Assembly: GCA_963814495.1 (NCBI GenBank) | Contig: CAWFDJ010000011.1 | Location: 193,809 to 257,808 of the forward strand | Direction: 5' to 3' | DNA: 64,000 bases | Source: an uncultured bacterium | Lineage (GTDB): Bacteria > Actinomycetota > Geothermincolia > Geothermincolales > Geothermincolaceae | Shown: positions 32,357 through 42,353 of the stretch, in pieces | Layout: every line of letters starts with the position of its first letter | How positions within the stretch are numbered: position 1 is the first letter of the stretch | Notes under the pieces: model-generated | The model's input: the letters and a program-made list of their open reading frames with translations, nothing else | The model's database searches: none | Told to the model about the DNA's origin: nothing | Translations under genes and position numbers: made by a program

Positions 32357-33540
32357 TCAGGCGTTGAAGCGGTAGCCGTAGGAGAAGGAACCGTGCTGGC
32401 GCTCGGCCCGGGAGAACACCGGCCGCTTCCAGATGTTGGAGAGGCTGCCCGCCAGGATGCCCTCCATCAGCACCGGGTTGGAGGGGTTGTCCAGCAGTGA
32501 TGGAGCACGAGCTGCCGTCGTTGTTGAGGACGCTGGCGATCCCCATGCCCCGCAGGGGGATCTCCCGCAGCTGGCGCTCGAAATCGTGCCAGGTGGAAAG
32601 GCCGATGCCGGCGCAGTAATCCCGGACCACCCGGGTGGTGATGGCCATGGCCAGCCGGGGTATCTCCTGCCCCAGTTCCTCCTCCAGCTCCCGCAGGACG
32701 GCCTCCAGGGAGGCCACCGGCATGCAGGCCACCCGGCGCCCGGTGCGCCGGTCGCTGATGATGCCCTCGTCCAGGTTCCAGGCGTAGGTGGCGCCGATGA
32801 AGGCAGGGAGTCCGGCAGCCGGGGCAGATCTCGTAGTTCTGCTTGCCCGGCGCGTAGACCGGGTTGACCGGCACCAGGCGCCCCTCCAGGTGGGTCCGGG
32901 GCTCCCCGGACTCCTCCAGGTTTATCCTGAACATCCCGTTCTGCGGCTCTCCCCGGCAGGCCCCCTCCTTCTGCTCCAGGAACTCCCAGACCCCCAGGGA
33001 GTCCCCCATGAGCATGCCCGGGTTGTAGGGGTTGCGGCAGAGCACCGTCATGCGCTTGCGGTGCTTGTAGCTCAGGAGCATGAAGCGGCCGTACCCCAGG
33101 CCGGCCACGTGGTCGAAGATGAACTGGGACGGCGGGCCGATCAGGGCCATGGTGCGATGCAGGTGGGTCACCCCCATGCTCGCGTAGAAGCCGGGCATCA
33201 GGGTCTCGATGAAGGAGAGGCCGATGCGCCGCTCCGCCTCCACCACGATGCGCTGGATGTCGAAGCCGATGGCCTCGCTGATGCCGTCGATGATCTGGTT
33301 GAGCAGGTCCACCTCCATGAAGACCAGCCGCGTCCTGCCCTTGTCGATGCCCACGATGGTCCCGTTGGGGAACCAGCGCAGGAACCTGGAATAGGCGAGG
33401 GGGACTTCGCAGACCTTACATCGCTTGAGATGTCTCTTCAAATACGACCCCCATGTCGTCGGAGCTCGGAATTTATCGCGCTCTTGAATCCTATGCTTTG
33501 ATTCGGCAGCCTCCGCCGCTAAATGAAGGGTTAAGTCCAA
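32357..33540 (-). pseudogene. hypothetical protein (CxxC pairs; possible V4R-like C-terminal ligand-binding domain), two apparent 1-nt insertions (about 32815 and 32497)
   Basis: Three frame segments: ...KRCKVCEVPLAYSRF...NYEICPGC | GLPAFIGATYAWNLDEGIISDRRTGRRVACMPVASLEAVLRELEEELG...GMGIASVLNNDGSSCSIT | LDNPSNPVLMEGILAGSLSNIWKRPVFSR...YRFNA. The domain call is tentative. Confidence 0.45.
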
Positions 33541-33683
33541 TATTTACATGTGATAAATATTCGCTTATGATAATAGTTGAGATCCGATATGACCGGACGG
33601 TTTGACAAAGGTGCTAGAATCATCCTGTCGGGCAGCCGGCCCGATAACCACAGCAAGAGGCATACGCGAGGATGGGATAGAAG

Positions 33684-34614
33684 ATGGGAAAGACCGGAGC
33701 GAAGGAAGGGGCGGAAGGCGTTCCCCAGGCGGGCATGAGGATGAGGCAGCTCTCCAGCGCCTCGGAGCTCTCGGTGAGCACCATCAAGTTCTACATGTCC
33801 AAGGGCCTGCTCCCCTTCCCCCACAAGGTCAAGCCGAACGTGGCCTACTACGACGAGGCCTTCCTCAGGCGGCTGATGATCGTCAAGACCATGCGCTCCG
33901 AGGGGCTCTCCATCTCCAGCATCAAGAGCATCCTGGACAAGTACCCCTTCGAGATGGTCGCGGAATGGGAGAAGTTCAAGAGCGAAGCCCAGGAGAAGGA
34001 CTCCTACGAGCTGGAGGAGGAGGAGCGCCTGGCCACCCTGAGCGACGAGGAGCGCCGCACCGAGGCCATCCTCGACGCCGCCTTCCGGGTGTTCTCCATG
34101 CGCGGATACCACAACGCCACCGTCGACGACATCGCCCAGGAGGCGGGGGTGAGCAAGGGCACCTGCTACCAGTACTTCTCCGGCAAGGAGGAGATCTTCA
34201 TGGCCTGCCTGGAGAGGACCCTCGAGACCCTGCTGGCCGAGGCCGAGGCCGCCGGGGCGGGCGCGCCCGACGCCCTGACCCGGCTGGGGCTGAAGGGGCT
34301 GACCTTCATCTCCAAGTACCGCGACCTGCAGTTCATGTTCGTGGGGATCATCTCCGAGGTCATGGGGGGCAACAAGAAGCTGCAGGCCGCAGGCCGACGC
34401 CATCTTCAACCGGGTGGCCGACTTCCTCGCCGTCGACATCCAGTCCGGCATCGACGAGGGCATCTTCCGCGACATCGACCCCAAGACGGTCTCCTTCGCG
34501 CTCATCGGCATCGCCGAGATCGTGGGCAACCTCTACCTCGTCGAGGAGGAGTTCGACGTGCTCCACTTCTTCGTCTCGCTGATGGACTTCATGCAGCACG
34601 GCCTCTCCAAATAA
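33684..34614 (+). CDS. MerR-type HTH fused to TetR/AcrR-type regulator, one apparent 1-nt insertion at about 34388
   Basis: MerR-like MRQLSSASELSVSTIKFYMSKGLLPFPHKVKPNVAYYDEAFLRRLMIVKTMR, then TetR HTH ILDAAFRVFSMRGYHNATVDDIAQEAGVSKGTCYQYFSGKEEIF. The C-terminus continues in frame +1 (track ORF 34414..34614). Confidence 0.7.
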
Positions 34615-34754
34615 CCTGGCAGCTACCCCGCCGTCAAGGCATTCGACGCCGGACATGTACTCCATCTTGCCTTACGCAATATCAGCAAGTATAATAATAC
34701 CGTTAAGTCAGGATAACTATCCGATGTCGAGAAGGAGCTAGGAAAGGAGTCGAC

Positions 34755-34901
34755 ATGAAGGTGAAAGCAGGGTTGGCATTGATGGCGGTGGCCGCCGTGG
34801 CCGCCGTGGCCGGTTTCTTCACGGCCAGCGAGAGTACCCGACGTTATATAGTGCACCTGGGCAAGCAGGTCCCCTACCTGCCCTACCGTTACTTCATCTG
34901 A
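34755..34901 (+). CDS. 48-aa single-pass membrane peptide (not in ORF track)
   Basis: GGAAAGGAG 6 nt before ATG 34755. Sequence is MKVKAGLALMAVAAVAAVAGFFTASESTRRYIVHLGKQVPYLPYRYFI. It ends 21 nt before the oxidoreductase gene. Confidence 0.4.
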   Translation: MKVKAGLALMAVAAVAAVAGFFTASESTRRYIVHLGKQVPYLPYRYFI

Positions 34902-34922
34902 TCGGCCGGAAAGGAGACATCG

Positions 34923-36419
34923 ATGCACGACTACGACGCCATCGTCATCGGGGGAGGCCTGGGGGGCCTGTCCTCCGCGGCCCTGCTGCAGAGCAAGGGC
35001 CTGCGCACCCTGGTCTGCGAGAACACCGACCAGGTGGGCGGCTGCTGCTCCTCCGTGGATATAGAGGGCTACCGTTTCGATATCGGGGCGAGCATCGTCG
35101 AGCTGAGCTTCGTCATCGACGAGCTCTTCGCGGGGATGGGCAAGAAGGTCGCCGACTACATCGACTTCATGCCCATCGACCCCATCTACGGCTTCGTCAC
35201 CGAGGACGGTGACAAGTTCACCTACCCGGTGGACCCCGACGCCACCCGCGACGTCATCGAGTCCATGTCGCCGGAGGACGCCGTGAACTGGGACCGCTTC
35301 CGCAAGGTGGGCTCCGAGGCCATCAACCAGGCTTTCGGCCAGGTGATGACCAAGCCCATGTACTCCTTCCGGGACATGCTCAAGATCATGGTCGAGAACC
35401 CGAAGATGATGAAGGTCGCCCCCTACATGATCAAGAACTTCGAGATGGCGCTGACCGGCTTCTTCAAGGACGAGAAGGTGCGCTCCTCCATGAGCCTGCA
35501 GTCCTATTTCCTGGGCCTGCCGCCCGCCCTCTGCCCCGGCTACGTGTCCTTCCTGGCCTACGGGGAACACGAGGGCATCCTCTACCCGCGCGGCGGCATG
35601 ATCGGCATCCCGCGCGGCATCTGCAACGCTTTCGAGGATATGGGCGGCGAGATCAAGTTCAACACCCGCGTCAAGCGCGTGCTCACCGAGGGCAAGCGGG
35701 TGATCGGGGTGGAGCTGGCCGACGGCAGCAAGGTCTCCTCGAAGATCGTGGTCTCCGACATCAACGCCAAGACCCTCTACCTGGACCTCATCGGCCGGGA
35801 GAACATCCCGGGCTGGGCGGCCAGCGCCATGAGCAACTTCCCCGTCTCCATCCCCGCCCCCATGATCATGCTGGGCCTGGACACCAAGCCCGACCTCCCC
35901 GGCCACCACACCTTCTGCTACACCAACCTGGAGAAGATGAACAGCATCTGGTTCGACGAATACGTGCACGGCAAGATCCCCTCGGGCGGGTTCATGCTCA
36001 TCTCCTGGCCCTCCCACGCCGACCCGTCCATGGCGCCGGAGGGGCACCACTGCCTCAACCTGGTCACCTTCGCCCCCTACGACCTGGCCGAGGGGGACTG
36101 GGACTCCATCCGGGACCAGTACCTGGAGGATACCCTGGACATGATGGAAAAGAACTTCCACCTGGACCTGAAGGACCACGTCACCGTGTCCAAGGTCATC
36201 ACCCCCTTCGACCTGGAGCGGCAGCTGCTGCACCCCCAGGGCGCGGTCTACGGCCTGCAGAACGACTTCTTCTCCACGGCCATGTTCCGCCCCCGCATGC
36301 GTTCCCGCGTCTTCAAGGGCCTCTACCTCGCCGGGGCCTCCGTCCACCTGGGTGGGGGCGTGCCCACCACCATCGGTTCCGGCGTGGCCGTAGGCGGCCT
36401 GGTGGAGCAGGACCTGTAG
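34923..36419 (+). CDS. phytoene-desaturase-family NAD(P)/FAD-dependent oxidoreductase (CrtI-like)
   Basis: Dinucleotide-binding start YDAIVIGGGLGGLSSAALLQSKGLRTLVCENTDQVGG. 498 aa, with the family-typical C-terminal LYLAGASVHLGGGVPTTIGSG. Confidence 0.85.
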   Translation: MHDYDAIVIGGGLGGLSSAALLQSKGLRTLVCENTDQVGGCCSSVDIEGYRFDIGASIVELSFVIDELFAGMGKKVADYIDFMPIDPIYGFVTEDGDKFTYPVDPDATRDVIESMSPEDAVNWDRFRKVGSEAINQAFGQVMTKPMYSFRDMLKIMVENPKMMKVAPYMIKNFEMALTGFFKDEKVRSSMSLQSYFLGLPPALCPGYVSFLAYGEHEGILYPRGGMIGIPRGICNAFEDMGGEIKFNTRVKRVLTEGKRVIGVELADGSKVSSKIVVSDINAKTLYLDLIGRENIPGWAASAMSNFPVSIPAPMIMLGLDTKPDLPGHHTFCYTNLEKMNSIWFDEYVHGKIPSGGFMLISWPSHADPSMAPEGHHCLNLVTFAPYDLAEGDWDSIRDQYLEDTLDMMEKNFHLDLKDHVTVSKVITPFDLERQLLHPQGAVYGLQNDFFSTAMFRPRMRSRVFKGLYLAGASVHLGGGVPTTIGSGVAVGGLVEQDL

Positions 36420-36446
36420 GCTTCCCGGCCGTCGCGTGCTTTCCTC

Positions 36447-36471
36447 GAGGGCCCGGTCAACCCGGGCCCTC
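36447..36471 (+). terminator. strong hairpin after the oxidoreductase gene (no clear U-tract)
   Basis: GAGGGCCCGG-TCAAC-CCGGGCCCTC, a perfect 10-bp stem. Confidence 0.4.
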
Positions 36472-36512
36472 GCCCTTGCCGGCTATGGTAGAATGACCTA
36501 GGGAGGTTGACT

Positions 36513-36731
36513 ATGGCCAAGATACTTCTGGACCGCGAATTCCTGGGCAAGCTGGGGTACGTGCGCGTCAAGTTCTTCCAGCACGTCGACGGGGAGACGG
36601 GCCGCGAGATGGTCAGGATCAAGGGAAAGAAGCGGGACTACCGGTTCAACAACGAGACCTTCGACGACCTCTACGCGGCACAGCGCTACGTGGCTGACCG
36701 CATCGCGGAGATAGACAAGCGGATCACTTGA
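36513..36731 (+). CDS. small hypothetical protein (72 aa)
   Basis: GGGAGG upstream of ATG 36513. MAKILLDREFLGKLGYVRVKFFQHVDGETGREMVRIKGKKRDYRFNNETFDDLYAAQRYVADRIAEIDKRIT has no recognisable motif. Confidence 0.5.
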   Translation: MAKILLDREFLGKLGYVRVKFFQHVDGETGREMVRIKGKKRDYRFNNETFDDLYAAQRYVADRIAEIDKRIT

Positions 36732-36772
36732 GGGGCAGGTCCCACGGGTGAGCCCATGGGGGGGTACCGGCA

Positions 36773-37547
36773 TTGAAGATACTGATCATCGGCGACGCCG
36801 GCGGCGACATGAAGATGCTCGCCCGGGTGATGCAGGACGTCGGGACCTGGAAGCCCGACCTGGTCCTGTTCACCGGGGACATCGTCTCAGGGGAGGAGCG
36901 GCAGAAGCTCTTCGACGCCCGCCAGGCGGGCAAGGCGATGCCGGCCGACTGGCGGGGCAAGCTGCACAAGTCCCTGCAGGCGGACACCGAGGCCTTCCGC
37001 CTCTTCCTGGAGGAGATGACCAGCTTCCGGGGGACGGTGCGCGTGGTCCCCGGCCACCGGGACGCCCCGCTCTCCGACTACCTGCGGGCGGTCCTCAAGG
37101 ACACCTCCACCAATTCGCACGTGGGCCTGGTGCACCAGAGCTTCATCAACGCCGGGCGGGACTTCGTGCTGGTGGGTTTCGGGGGGGACATCACCGAGGA
37201 CGAGCGCGAGACCGAGCTGGTCAACCGCTTTCCGGAGTGGGAGCTGGCCTACCACCTGGAGGTGTTGGAGCACCTGCCCCAGGACCCCATCCTGCTCACC
37301 CACTACCCGCCCCTGGCCGAGACGGTGGACCTCGAGGACGGCGAACACGTGGGGAGCCCGCGCCTGAGGGAGCTGATAGAGCTGCACCGCCCGGCCTACG
37401 TCTTCTGCGGGCACGCCTGACGCCTCCCAGGGCGTGGAGTCCATCGGGCGCACGGTGGTCATCAATCCCGGAAGCCTCTCCGAGGGGAACTACGCCATCC
37501 TCAACACCCGCAAGGAGACGGTCCGGTTCAACATGCTGGAGGACTAG
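36773..37547 (+). CDS. metallophosphoesterase (calcineurin-like), one apparent 1-nt insertion at about 37417
   Basis: ILIIGDAGGD, FTGDIVSG, VVPGHRDAP, LLTHYPP, YVFCGHA. After CGHA the track ORF stops, but the +1 frame continues DASQGVESIGRTVVINPGSLSEGNYAILNTRKETVRFNMLED. Confidence 0.75.
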
Positions 37548-38022
37548 GGCCGCGGCGCTTGCCGCCCAGCTTGCGGCCGAGCGCGACCAGGCGGGCCACG
37601 TCCTTCTCGGAGGCGTCGGGCCCCGTCCAGAGGCTCAGGGGAGCTCCCGCCTTCACCGCCACGCCCTTCACCACCTTGCCGGACCCGTGCTTCTTCAGCA
37701 GCTTACGCAGGCCCTTGACGGCGTGCTTGCCCCGCATCCCGGCGTAGGCGCTGAAGCCCGCGGTGGTCTTGCCCTTCAGCTCCTTCTTGCCCATCTGCTT
37801 GAAGAACCGCTTGACCACGCGGGCCGGTTTGCCGCCGCGCGTGGGGGAGCCCACGGCCAGGATGTGGTAGCCCTTGAGCTCGTCCTTGCCCACCTCGCCC
37901 AGGGATTTGACCACGGCTCTCACGCCGGCCGACTCCAGGCCCCGGGCCACGTCCTCGGCCGCCTGCCGGGTGTGGCCGGTCTTTGAGAAGTAGGTCACCA
38001 GGGCTGTTTTCTTCCTGAACAT
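37528..38022 (-). CDS. flavodoxin-like protein
   Basis: GGGAGGAGG before ATG 38020-38022. ALVTYFSKTGHTRQAAEDVARGL and HILAVGSPTRGG are flavodoxin-like. The 3' end overlaps the convergent phosphoesterase gene. Confidence 0.65.
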   Translation of the reverse strand: MFRKKTALVTYFSKTGHTRQAAEDVARGLESAGVRAVVKSLGEVGKDELKGYHILAVGSPTRGGKPARVVKRFFKQMGKKELKGKTTAGFSAYAGMRGKHAVKGLRKLLKKHGSGKVVKGVAVKAGAPLSLWTGPDASEKDVARLVALGRKLGGKRRGPSPPAC

Positions 38023-38203
38023 GCGCGCTCCTCCTCCCGTCTTACGATGTGTAAAAACCGACCTTTCCAGCATAGCAGAAGACCGCCCCGGCGGCAAAGG
38101 TCAAGCTGCCGGTTGAGCGAATCAATTGAAGAAGTGCAACGCGAAAAACTATACTTGTTCGAGGCACGGAAAACGTCGTCAAAGGACATAGAGGGAGAAC
38201 CGC

Positions 38204-40264
38204 ATGAGACACTTTATTTCCGGCAGGGCATCCGCGGGTATCGCTTTCGCAGCAGTGTTGATCGTCGCTCTATCCTTACTCCCGTACGTCCCGGCGGCGC
38301 TGGCGCAGCCGGTTGAGGGCCCCGCCGCCCCCGGCGGGCTGCGCGTCCTCGACCGTCCCGAGGACGCCGGGAAGCGCATCGGCCTCACCTGGGAAGCCGA
38401 CCCCGTCGACTACGCTTACCAGGTCTACCGCTCCGAGGCGCCGGAAGGCCCGTACGAGGTGGTGGGGGGCAAGGCCTCCGACTCCATGCTGGACTACCCG
38501 GTATTCATGGACGACACGGCGGCGGCCGGGGTCACTTATTATTACAAGGTCACGTCCATCGACGACTACTGGCTGGAGGGGCCGGCCTGCGAACCGGTGA
38601 GCGCGGTGCTCCAGGCGGGGTTCAACGCGGCGACGGGGGCCAAGAGCATCCTCATCTCCATCACCGACCAGAAGGTCTACTACTACGAGGGCAACCAGCT
38701 CATCAACATCCTGCGCTGCTCCACCGGGGCCAGGCCGGGCTCCACCCCCACCGGCAACTTCCGCATCCTCAATCACATCCGTGTCAACGTCGGGTGCGAC
38801 TACTGGTTGAGCTTCACCGCCGGCCACGGCATGCACGGCTGGCCCAGGAACATCCCCCGCTACGAGGAGGGCCTGGGGGCCCCGGCTTCCCACGGCTGCG
38901 TGCGCGTCCACCCGCTGGAGGCCTACTGGCCTTACGGCTGGGCCCCGGACGGCACCCCCATCCACATCACCTACGCCTCCTACGCCCGGCGGGTGGTCAA
39001 CGGGTGCTCCAGCACCATCGGGTCCACCCAGCTGTCCAACGACTGGTACTTCGCCGAGGGCTGCACCGCCGACACCTTCGACACCTGGCTGCTGCTGGCC
39101 AACCCCGGGAGCGCCGACGCCTCCGTGCACGTCGATTTCCTGCTGGAGGGAGGCGCCGCGGTGCCGCAGGACTACTTCGTCGCCGCCCACACCCGTTTCT
39201 CCCTGCCGGTGGACGACCTGCCCGGGCTGGAGCAGGTCTCCTGCTCGATGAACGTCCATTCCTCCCAGCCCATCGTGGCCGAGCGGGCCATGTACTTCAT
39301 CTTCGACAACAGCAAGTCCGACGGCTCGGTGACCACGGGCGCCGTCGCGCCCTCCAGCGACTGGTACTTCGCCGAGGGCTACTGCGCCGGCGACTTCGAC
39401 AGCTACCTGCTGCTGGCCAACCCCGGGAACACCGCCGTCACCGCCCAGCTGGACTTCCTGCTGGAGGGCGGGGCGACGGTGCACCAGGAATACCCGGTGG
39501 CCCCCCGATCCCGTTTCTCCGTGCCGGTGGACGGCATCCCCGGCATGGAGGAGGCCGCCTTCTCCACCCACGTGCACGCCTCGGGTCCCATCGTGGCCGA
39601 GCGGGCCATGTACTTCCGCAAGGGTTACGTGGACGGGGGGCACGTGTCCATGGGGGCGACCCAGCCCTCATCCCAGTGGTACTTCGCCGAGGGCTGCACC
39701 CGTGATTTCTACGAGAGCTACATCCTCATCGGGAACGAGGGGGCGCAGGACGCCACGGTGGACATCGACTTCTTCCTGGGCGACGGGAGCATCCGCTACA
39801 CCTTCGCGGTGGCGGCGCGCTCGCGCGTGACCGTGCCCATCCAGGCGCTGCCCTATCTCGACTACCAGGACATGGCCTTCACCCTGTATTCCAACGTCCC
39901 GGTGGTGGCGGAGCGGGCCCAGTACTACGCCCTGGACAGCCACCGCGGCGGGCAGGCCACCATGGGCTCCCCGCAGTCCTCAACCACCTGGTACTTCGCG
40001 GAGGGGTACACCGGCGACGCCTTCGACACCTGGCTGCTGCTCTCCAACCCCGGGAGCGCCACGGCCTCGATGATCGTCAGCTTCGCGCGGGAGGACGGGG
40101 CCGTCCTGGACTACTTCTTCACCGTCGACCCCCTGCGCCGGGTATCCGTCCACGTGGACGGACTGGCGGGGCTGGAGGAGGCCTCCTTCTCCATGACGGT
40201 GGGGGCGGACAGCCCGGTGGTGGCGGAGCGGGCCATGTATTTCGTCATCCCCCGCGGCTACTAG
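38204..40264 (+). CDS. secreted L,D-transpeptidase (YkuD) with FN3-like domain and four C-terminal ~95-aa WYFAEG repeats
   Basis: Signal peptide. FN3-like GLRVLDRPEDAGKRIGLTWEADPVDYAYQVYRSEAPEGPYEVV. YkuD core ILISITDQKVYYYEGN...GAPASHGCVRVH. Then four repeats of WYFAEG[CY]..(D)F(D).[WY]LLL.NPG...............R......VAERAMYF. Confidence 0.8.
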   Translation: MRHFISGRASAGIAFAAVLIVALSLLPYVPAALAQPVEGPAAPGGLRVLDRPEDAGKRIGLTWEADPVDYAYQVYRSEAPEGPYEVVGGKASDSMLDYPVFMDDTAAAGVTYYYKVTSIDDYWLEGPACEPVSAVLQAGFNAATGAKSILISITDQKVYYYEGNQLINILRCSTGARPGSTPTGNFRILNHIRVNVGCDYWLSFTAGHGMHGWPRNIPRYEEGLGAPASHGCVRVHPLEAYWPYGWAPDGTPIHITYASYARRVVNGCSSTIGSTQLSNDWYFAEGCTADTFDTWLLLANPGSADASVHVDFLLEGGAAVPQDYFVAAHTRFSLPVDDLPGLEQVSCSMNVHSSQPIVAERAMYFIFDNSKSDGSVTTGAVAPSSDWYFAEGYCAGDFDSYLLLANPGNTAVTAQLDFLLEGGATVHQEYPVAPRSRFSVPVDGIPGMEEAAFSTHVHASGPIVAERAMYFRKGYVDGGHVSMGATQPSSQWYFAEGCTRDFYESYILIGNEGAQDATVDIDFFLGDGSIRYTFAVAARSRVTVPIQALPYLDYQDMAFTLYSNVPVVAERAQYYALDSHRGGQATMGSPQSSTTWYFAEGYTGDAFDTWLLLSNPGSATASMIVSFAREDGAVLDYFFTVDPLRRVSVHVDGLAGLEEASFSMTVGADSPVVAERAMYFVIPRGY

Positions 40265-40298
40265 CGCGCGGCTGGTCAGGGGAGGGCCCGGGGCAGGC

Positions 40299-40309
40299 TG
40301 GTCAGGCGG
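40299..40309. repeat. left copy of the 11-bp direct repeat TGGTCAGGCGG bracketing the AT-richer island
   Basis: Identical 11-mer at 54762-54772. A partial extra copy, GCTGGTCAGG, is at 40271-40280. Confidence 0.3.
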
Positions 40310-40317
40310 CTGGAGGC

Positions 40318-42145
40318 CTAGTCCCTTGGTATCTGTAATGGTTTTGACCTGTGGAGCATAAGCCAATCCCCGTTTTCACAGAGTGCCTCTTCCCCTAGCT
40401 CTACGAGCAAATTATGCATTTCACTATGGCCTGTCGTTTCGCCTTTCTCATCATTAATCCTTGCGAACTCCGCTCTCGCCCTCTGGAACAATTGCTTCAT
40501 TTTCAAAAATTGTTTGCCCTGTTCTGCATATGCCAGCTTGTCGAGGTAGTTTGATATCGCAGCAGCGCTAGAAAAGCACATTGAGATGATGACCCCGGAG
40601 ATACCGACAATGGTTCCTCTGTGATCTTCAGTCTGCGGGATCAACATAATGACCATAAGGAAAGCAGCCATTATCGCTCCTGCCCCGGAAAGGGCGTTCT
40701 TTATATATGTAAGTCTTTTAAGCGATCTTTCAAGGACTACCGATTTCTTATCGAAATACTCGTATTGATCGTTTAACCAGTATTTCTCCACAGTTTCGAA
40801 CTTGGTCCGGCCACCTGGTCCTGTCGCTTTGAGAGGTTGAGTGTTCAAGGAGATCAGGCTCCAATTCCTACGAGCGATTCTGATCCACTCAATCTCTTGC
40901 CGGTGTTTTCTTTGATAATAGTCCTCTACCGGCTCGGAGAAGCCCAGCAATGACCAGAAGAAATGTACCCTCATAGCTTCAGCGAGGCATCGATAGTCCA
41001 GGTATTTGTCTTGAAAGTCGTTCTTCTTTGCGTATCTAATCGTAGCCCAGGCTAAACAGAAGAGCACCGGATATCCCATGAACATGTACCACTCTTTATA
41101 TACACCCAGCGCCAGCCACAGAAGGATGATTGAAATAATCGCCATAGAAGACGCAGCCAACAAGCAGTACTTGTATTTCCTTTGATACGACAGGGCTAAC
41201 ACGTCAGCCATTGCATAACGCTCCAGGTTCTCCAACTCGTCTTCCCCCAGATCGTTCCGCTCCCCTTCAGGCAGAAGGCAATCCTTGCTGCTCTCCAGAT
41301 CGCTGGATTTTACCTTGAGGGCTTCTGCCGCATCTTTATTGAAGTCGTCAATAGCTTTATAGATACTCGCGTATGCCTCCTTAACGCTCCCCCCACCCTC
41401 GTCGCTCTCTTCGATAGAATACAGCTCTTTTAAATCTATACAAATCCTCCGCAATATTGATATCGCTGGCTCTTCGGACCAGCAAGTGAAAAACCAGGCC
41501 TGTTTGGGCTTGGTCTAAACGACTGTGGTGAGAATACTTATCTGGAACTCCTTTGAGCTTGAACTTCACTACATTTGAAGTGCTCCCTGTTACATCTTTC
41601 TCCGTTCCATCCCAAAGAGCGATCAGTACTTGACAGTTCGCTGCAACAAATGCGCCGACTTGCTCATATTGTTTATCGCGATTCACGCCCGGGTCCCTGA
41701 TGTCGTTAGGAGTGCTGCCCTCCACCAAGGGCAATGTGACAATCTTGATCGCTGAAGCTAACAGCTTTTCGTATTCCTGTAGCGAGTATTGATCGGTAAA
41801 ATCCTTCTTATATTCCTCTGACTCCATAGGCAGCGGGACGAATAATTTCGCTCCGAGAACCTCTTCCGCCACCTCTGCGACAATCCTGTCAGCTCCTTCG
41901 GCAAGCGGTGATATTAAGATAAACAATGCTGACGGGAAACGCTGCTTGACTTCGACAAGTTTAATCATCAGCTCTCGCCTGATAACCTCCTCGTCTTCTT
42001 TTTCAAGATCACGATGTCCCGTTACTCCCAATACGAATGGTATCCGGACAATATCATCGGCCGGCCTTTTCATCTGCTGCTTCTCCCCCCAGTCCTTCGC
42101 CGATATCGGCCTTTGCTGAACCAAGTGTATGTGCCCGTCCTTCAT
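40318..42145 (-). CDS. SLOG-like Rossmannoid domain fused to a 4-TM (2 x 2TM, SLATT/DUF4231-like) membrane module; one apparent 1-nt insertion at about 41440-41475
   Basis: N-part (track ORF 41381..42145): VLGVTGHRDL, ISPLAEGADRIVAEVA, VLIALWDG. C-part (track ORF 40318..41454) has TM pairs YCLLAASSMAIISIILLWLALGV / MFMGYPVLFCLAWATI and GAGAIMAAFLMVIMLIP / IVGISGVIISMCFSSAAAI. The two ORFs overlap by 74 nt in adjacent frames, and the combined length is 3n+1. Confidence 0.55.
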
Positions 42146-42353
42146 TGGCGTTCATACCAGGGCACTGCTATCAGATACTAATGTTCCTACCAAATCCGTT
42201 TCAAGGCAAGCTCGGCAGGGAGGGGGCAGGGCAAGCCCCGCGTTACCAGGCTTAAGCCCGATCAATAGAGAAGCAGGGGTTACTTTGCCTTGCTGTATAA
42301 TGTTGGCAAGGAAGGGGCATAGGGAAAGCGTTCGATCAAGAGGGCGCTAGCCG

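Noticed and set aside
42146-42353. Promoter for the STAND gene (TATAAT at about 42295-42300)
   Set aside because: There is a good -10 hexamer but no acceptable -35 at 16-18 nt. This is too weak to list as a feature.
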